Shown here one piece after another: positions 59,621 through 64,000 of a stretch of 64,000 bases of DNA. Positions within the stretch are counted from its first letter, which is position 1, and each line of letters starts with the position of its first letter. The notes beneath the pieces were generated by a model. It had not been told where the DNA came from, ran no database searches, and saw only the letters and a list, made by a program, of their open reading frames with translations. This stretch comes from Candidatus Poribacteria bacterium (GTDB lineage: Bacteria > Poribacteria > WGA-4E > WGA-3G), in NCBI GenBank assembly GCA_965197475.1, contig CBDANF010000002.1, positions 1,056,001 through 1,120,000 of the forward strand, given 5' to 3'. Both the position numbers and the translations under genes were made by a program.

Positions 59621-61079
59621 TTATTTTGGCAATTGCCTCCAAATAGGCTTTAATCTGTGAGCGGTATCGCACCGGAATTTGATCGTTTTCAATAGCTTGC
59701 GCATACTCACGTTGTGCTGTAAGAATCACATCACTAAACAGTAGATAGTCAGGTTCAGTTCCAGTATTCCCCGCGTTTCCAGTGAAAACCCTTGTAATGT
59801 TTTGGGTATCTGGTGCAGTCTCTGAATTTAATTTGAGTTCATTACCAGCAATCTGCAACGACGGTGTTTCATCGCCAGAGAGCGGTTTTTTAGTAGTGTT
59901 ATCGTCGGCGGGTGGTGTCGCGTCATCGCCAGAGGGTGAAAAATCGGATGCATCGCCTGACGCTTGTGTGCCTTGTGTCTCTTGATTCCCCGATTCTTCA
60001 CCGGGGGCACCATCGCTACTGGCAACCCCACCGGTAGACTGATCGGTTTCAATTCCCGCCAATGCAATATCTTTTCGGCTCTCTGTAAGTTGTGCTTCAA
60101 GATGATTGAGTTGCTCAAGTTGAAGAAGGGCATCCACGATGTTCTTCAATGTGTCAGGTGAAACTGTCTTACCCTGAATCTGGTCCAACGCTTGATTTAG
60201 TCTTCCTTGCGGCACACTCTCTGCCAATTTTGTGAAAAGTTTTTCGAGTTCAGCGCGAAGTTCATGCGGGAGTTCATCTTGCCGTGTCAGACGTTCAAGT
60301 TCGTCTGCAAGTGCGGTGGTATCCATGCCTTTAAAGTGTTGTGTTCCTTGTGTTGCCTGCGCTATAGCCGACTCATCCGGAAATTCCGATTTCTGTTTCC
60401 GCACCTCACTATTTAATGCACGCAAATCTTCATGTGCAGTGGCAACATTTTTAGCGTTTTTCAACCTTTTTATCGTTTTGCTAATCTTTTCTCGGATAAT
60501 CGGGTTGTTGATATTTGCAAGTTCATCTGATAGGTTTTCAATTGCCTTGTCAATCGCTTCATGTTCTGTGGCTGTTAGCGGCTGAGGAAGTTCATATTGG
60601 CGAGGCACAACAAAAGAGAGGGCAATTATTAACATCGGAATCGAAATCCACTTCAGCAATGGCGGTGGTGTGTACGGTACTATCTTTGATTTATCTACGT
60701 TCGCAATACCTGTAACGGAATCGTGAATTTGCAGTTGCGTCAGTTCACCTTGTCGGTTTTCTTGTATCAATTCTAACGATGTGCTGACACGTTCCTTGAG
60801 TGTCAAATGCTCATCAACAAAACCTGCAATGTCAGACAGCGTTTTACGGTGTCTGAAACCGAAACAGATACCGAACAGAATTGCCCCGATAAACACCAAA
60901 AGCGCGCCAAGTGTCATAGAAAACGGAAAAAGGACGAGACGAATTCCGATGGACAGCACGGCAAGAAAGCACATTGCAAAAAAGACAGCTGTTGACACTG
61001 TCCGAAAGATTGTTTGTATGCGCGCTCGTGTTTGAAGCGTTTTTAGGCAGTTTATGATGGCATGTCTTGGGTCTTCCAT
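59610..61079 (-). CDS. Hypothetical membrane protein with coiled-coil and Gly/acidic tail
   Basis: Three TM segments, LKERVSTSLE, C-terminal IPVRYRSQIKAY. Confidence 0.65.
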   Translation of the reverse strand: MEDPRHAIINCLKTLQTRARIQTIFRTVSTAVFFAMCFLAVLSIGIRLVLFPFSMTLGALLVFIGAILFGICFGFRHRKTLSDIAGFVDEHLTLKERVSTSLELIQENRQGELTQLQIHDSVTGIANVDKSKIVPYTPPPLLKWISIPMLIIALSFVVPRQYELPQPLTATEHEAIDKAIENLSDELANINNPIIREKISKTIKRLKNAKNVATAHEDLRALNSEVRKQKSEFPDESAIAQATQGTQHFKGMDTTALADELERLTRQDELPHELRAELEKLFTKLAESVPQGRLNQALDQIQGKTVSPDTLKNIVDALLQLEQLNHLEAQLTESRKDIALAGIETDQSTGGVASSDGAPGEESGNQETQGTQASGDASDFSPSGDDATPPADDNTTKKPLSGDETPSLQIAGNELKLNSETAPDTQNITRVFTGNAGNTGTEPDYLLFSDVILTAQREYAQAIENDQIPVRYRSQIKAYLEAIAKINEK

Positions 61080-62089
61080 TTCATCTTCTCCGTAGCAGCA
61101 AAAACCATCTCAGGTTTGATAGCATTGAGATTTTGGCGTGCAACAGCAGCATGTTCGTCCCACTCTTTAGGTGATAGCGTTTTCATAAGCTTGCAATCCT
61201 GTCGTGCAATCACAGTATGTTTGTCCCACGGTGGGCCCCACTGAGTCGGACTTGACCCACCAAAAAGTGCAATCGTTGGGGTTTTCACTGCTGTGCTCAG
61301 ATGCATCGGTCCCGTATCGTTGCTGATATAGAGATGACACCGTTCTAAAAGCGCAGCAAGTTGCATTGGTGTTGTATCGTTAGCAATAATCGGTGAATAT
61401 TCCATCTGTGCCGCTACTTGATGTGAGAGTTCACCTTCTCGCGGTCCTGTTGTTATGATGATATGTGCACCGGACGCATCATGAAGCATATTGCCGAGAA
61501 TAGCAAAGTTATCCACGGACCACCGACGGTAAAACGTTGCAGCCCCTGGATTGAGACCAATAATAGGCTTGCCATCATTCAGATTTCGACTTTTAAGAAA
61601 ATTATTGCCCCATGTCTTACCCGCATCATCAACAAAAACCTCAGGCTCATCATCTGTAACTTCAATATCAAGCGCACGCACAACATCAAGATAACGTTGC
61701 GTTTCATGTTGTGCAGTATTATTCGGTACTGAGATGTGCAAAAGCCTTTTCCCACCAGTCCTGGTTTCGAACCCTACGCGGAACGGAATTCTGGCAAGGA
61801 ATGTGTGAAGCACCAAGCGGAAGGTTGGTTGTAAAACTACCGCCATATCAAACTTTCTTCTGACAAGTTGATAAATAAGTTTTGGTACTGAAGACTGATA
61901 AGTTAAAACCTCATTCAAGTGTGGGTTTGCGGATACTAAATCCTCTCGTGTCGGTGCTACCATGTATGCGATGTAGGCATCTCGGAAATGTTGACGTAAG
62001 GCTCGGATGACAGGTGTTGTTAATACCGTTTCCCCCAGCGGTGCAAGCCTGATGATTAAGATGCGTTTTATCTGCTCAGGTGCAAACAT
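61052..62089 (-). CDS. Glycosyltransferase family 9 (LPS heptosyltransferase-like)
   Basis: ILIIRL..LGE.VLTTP, GLNPGA...RRW, SNDTGPMHL. Confidence 0.9.
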   Translation of the reverse strand: MFAPEQIKRILIIRLAPLGETVLTTPVIRALRQHFRDAYIAYMVAPTREDLVSANPHLNEVLTYQSSVPKLIYQLVRRKFDMAVVLQPTFRLVLHTFLARIPFRVGFETRTGGKRLLHISVPNNTAQHETQRYLDVVRALDIEVTDDEPEVFVDDAGKTWGNNFLKSRNLNDGKPIIGLNPGAATFYRRWSVDNFAILGNMLHDASGAHIIITTGPREGELSHQVAAQMEYSPIIANDTTPMQLAALLERCHLYISNDTGPMHLSTAVKTPTIALFGGSSPTQWGPPWDKHTVIARQDCKLMKTLSPKEWDEHAAVARQNLNAIKPEMVFAATEKMKWKTQDMPS

Positions 62090-62259
62090 CTTGAATTCTT
62101 CTATTCCTACCAATTGCTAATTTCTTTTCGTCACGGTATAATACCAAATTAACTTGATCCCACTCGGTAGGTGCGGTTTCTAACCGCACCTAATACCAAG
62201 AAAAATGAGATAAATGCCGTTAATTTGATATAATAACTCAAAACGGACAGTGAGTCAAG

Positions 62260-62988
62260 ATGAAATCATACATCCACACATTAAAAGAAAAGTATCTTCA
62301 AGGTTGGGAACGCCAAACAACAGTAGTTTTGCTTGCTTCTGCTGTGCTGTTGACATTGCATAGAAAATATAGCCGGACAGGGATTTTTCGCACGCATTTA
62401 GCAGCGTATTTTGATAATCTGCCGTTGGTAGAAAGTCACCCTTACTATTACTGGTTTTTGACAACGGGACTCACATTGTTTCTAATTCCACTTCTTGTTG
62501 CTTTATTCGGGACAAAACAGCGACTGAGCGATTACGGAATTCGTTTGGGAAAGCAGAAACTCGGTTGGGGCGTGACATTTGCGGCATGGATTCTGATGAT
62601 ACCTGTGGTTATCATAGCAGTTAAAGTGTATCCCCCTTTTTTAGAAAAGTATCCGTTCTGCAAGGCAGTCGCAAGTAGTTGGTTAGTGTTTCTACCCTAT
62701 CAACTCGCTTATGGTGTTTACATGTTTTCGTGGGAATTTTTCTTCCGCGGATTTATGCTCTTTGGTTTGGAACGAAAATTCGGGAAGTACAGCATCTTAA
62801 TTCAGACCATTCCGTTCGCGGTGATGCACTTTTCCAAGCCGTTACCAGAAGCACTCGGTTCAATCATTGCAGGTGTATTGCTCGGTGTGCTCGCATTGGA
62901 AACCCGTTCTTTTATCTATGGCGCGGCGATTCACTGGCTCGTTGCTATGACAATGGATACAGTATGTGTTATCATTTCGAGCATTTAA
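62260..62988 (+). CDS. CPBP (Abi/CAAX) intramembrane metalloprotease
   Basis: WEFFFRG, FAVMH, TRS......IH. Confidence 0.85.
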   Translation: MKSYIHTLKEKYLQGWERQTTVVLLASAVLLTLHRKYSRTGIFRTHLAAYFDNLPLVESHPYYYWFLTTGLTLFLIPLLVALFGTKQRLSDYGIRLGKQKLGWGVTFAAWILMIPVVIIAVKVYPPFLEKYPFCKAVASSWLVFLPYQLAYGVYMFSWEFFFRGFMLFGLERKFGKYSILIQTIPFAVMHFSKPLPEALGSIIAGVLLGVLALETRSFIYGAAIHWLVAMTMDTVCVIISSI

Positions 62989-63300
62989 CATGGTATTTCA
63001 TTAAATAATACGATTTTGTGTTATACTGAAAAAGACTAATAAAACGGGTTGTGTTAGTTAACATTTGGTATGTTTATATTTCACATGTTTGTTTCGTTTG
63101 GGTTTGAATTCCGCAACTATTCCGATTCCTGACGACATCTAAAGGTAGGAGGGAACTCCGATTCCCGATACCGTGTCGCGATTCGGAGATCGCTCGGACA
63201 GAATATGAACAGTTGTGAAGAACAACAAAACTATTACGTAACTAGCACAAGTCGTTAATAAAAGAAAATCCTTTATAATCATCAATACCTTCGCCAATTA

Positions 63301-64000
63301 TCATGGGTTTAATTTTGGTTGGGTGTGATGAATAGCACCGATTGCTCCCAGATGTTGTGCGATTTGTTCAATAACAATAGGTTCAGGTTTTTGCGGAAGT
63401 ATTTTTAATATTTCAAGTAAATACTTCAACCCGCGGTAGCGTGCTTTAAGGTCTAAAACACTATACTCGGTATTCTCACAACGGAATATATCTGTGAGTT
63501 TCACACTCACAGATACCATAAACATTGATAAGTTTGCTGCATTGTTCACGGGTGTTTTATTGACATTCATAAAATCTTGTCCTCCCCAATACTGTTTCGC
63601 ATCCCGGAAGTTGAACTCAATTTGAAAACGAAGGGAATAATAATCCATCATTTTTTCAGCGTCTAACGCCAAATCAGAACTGAACAATAAGACGTGTGCT
63701 TGTTGTTTCGTGGTCAGGTTCGTCTTGAGAATGCAAACTACATTTAGAAGGTCTGCGAACTTTTTGTAGCGTAGCTGAGTTTGATACACTTCGGTTCTCA
63801 GATCTCCCTGTGTGTCGGCAGAGACACAGTATTTAGCGTCAATCTGTCGTGGGTTGAAACGCTCTCCGTAGATGCGTGGGTGTCCTTGTCCGGCGTAAGG
63901 TGTTGTCGGTGGAAAGGACAGCGCAGCATCTGTGCGTAGTTTTGAAATGAGGTGTAGTCCACATTGTTTTACCATTTGTAGCGCATTATTATGTCCGAAA
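63301..64000 (-). mobile_element. IS4-like DDE transposase, 5' part beyond the window
   Basis: LISKLRTDAAL, LLFSSDL, YYSLRFQIEFNFRDAKQYWG. Confidence 0.85.

Overview
Bacterial genomic window, most likely Candidatus Poribacteria. This is an inference from LamG-type proteins with a C-terminal VExxGKLTxxW tag, WD40/dockerin proteins, a PhyH dioxygenase and dense REP/MITE repeats. Core content: an expanded phosphate-uptake operon (pstS, DUF805-pstC, pstA, two K+ channels, three pstB, a second pstA, phoU), MscS plus a cation-chloride cotransporter, batC/batD and two vWA paralogs, purD, T-box-controlled ilvBNC, and the rimP-nusA-ylxR-infB-ylxP-rbfA-nrnA-ribF cluster. Most striking: (1) a 1.5-kb composite transposon built from two ~93-bp MITEs (8-bp target duplication AAAGGGTT) has carried a complete secreted LamG gene with its promoter into an IS5-family transposase gene; (2) an unrecognised structured RNA leader occurs twice, each time between a -10 box and a secreted protein ending in the same C-terminal tag; (3) a PstB pair has complementary degenerate catalytic motifs. 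All calls come from manual reading; no database searches were run.
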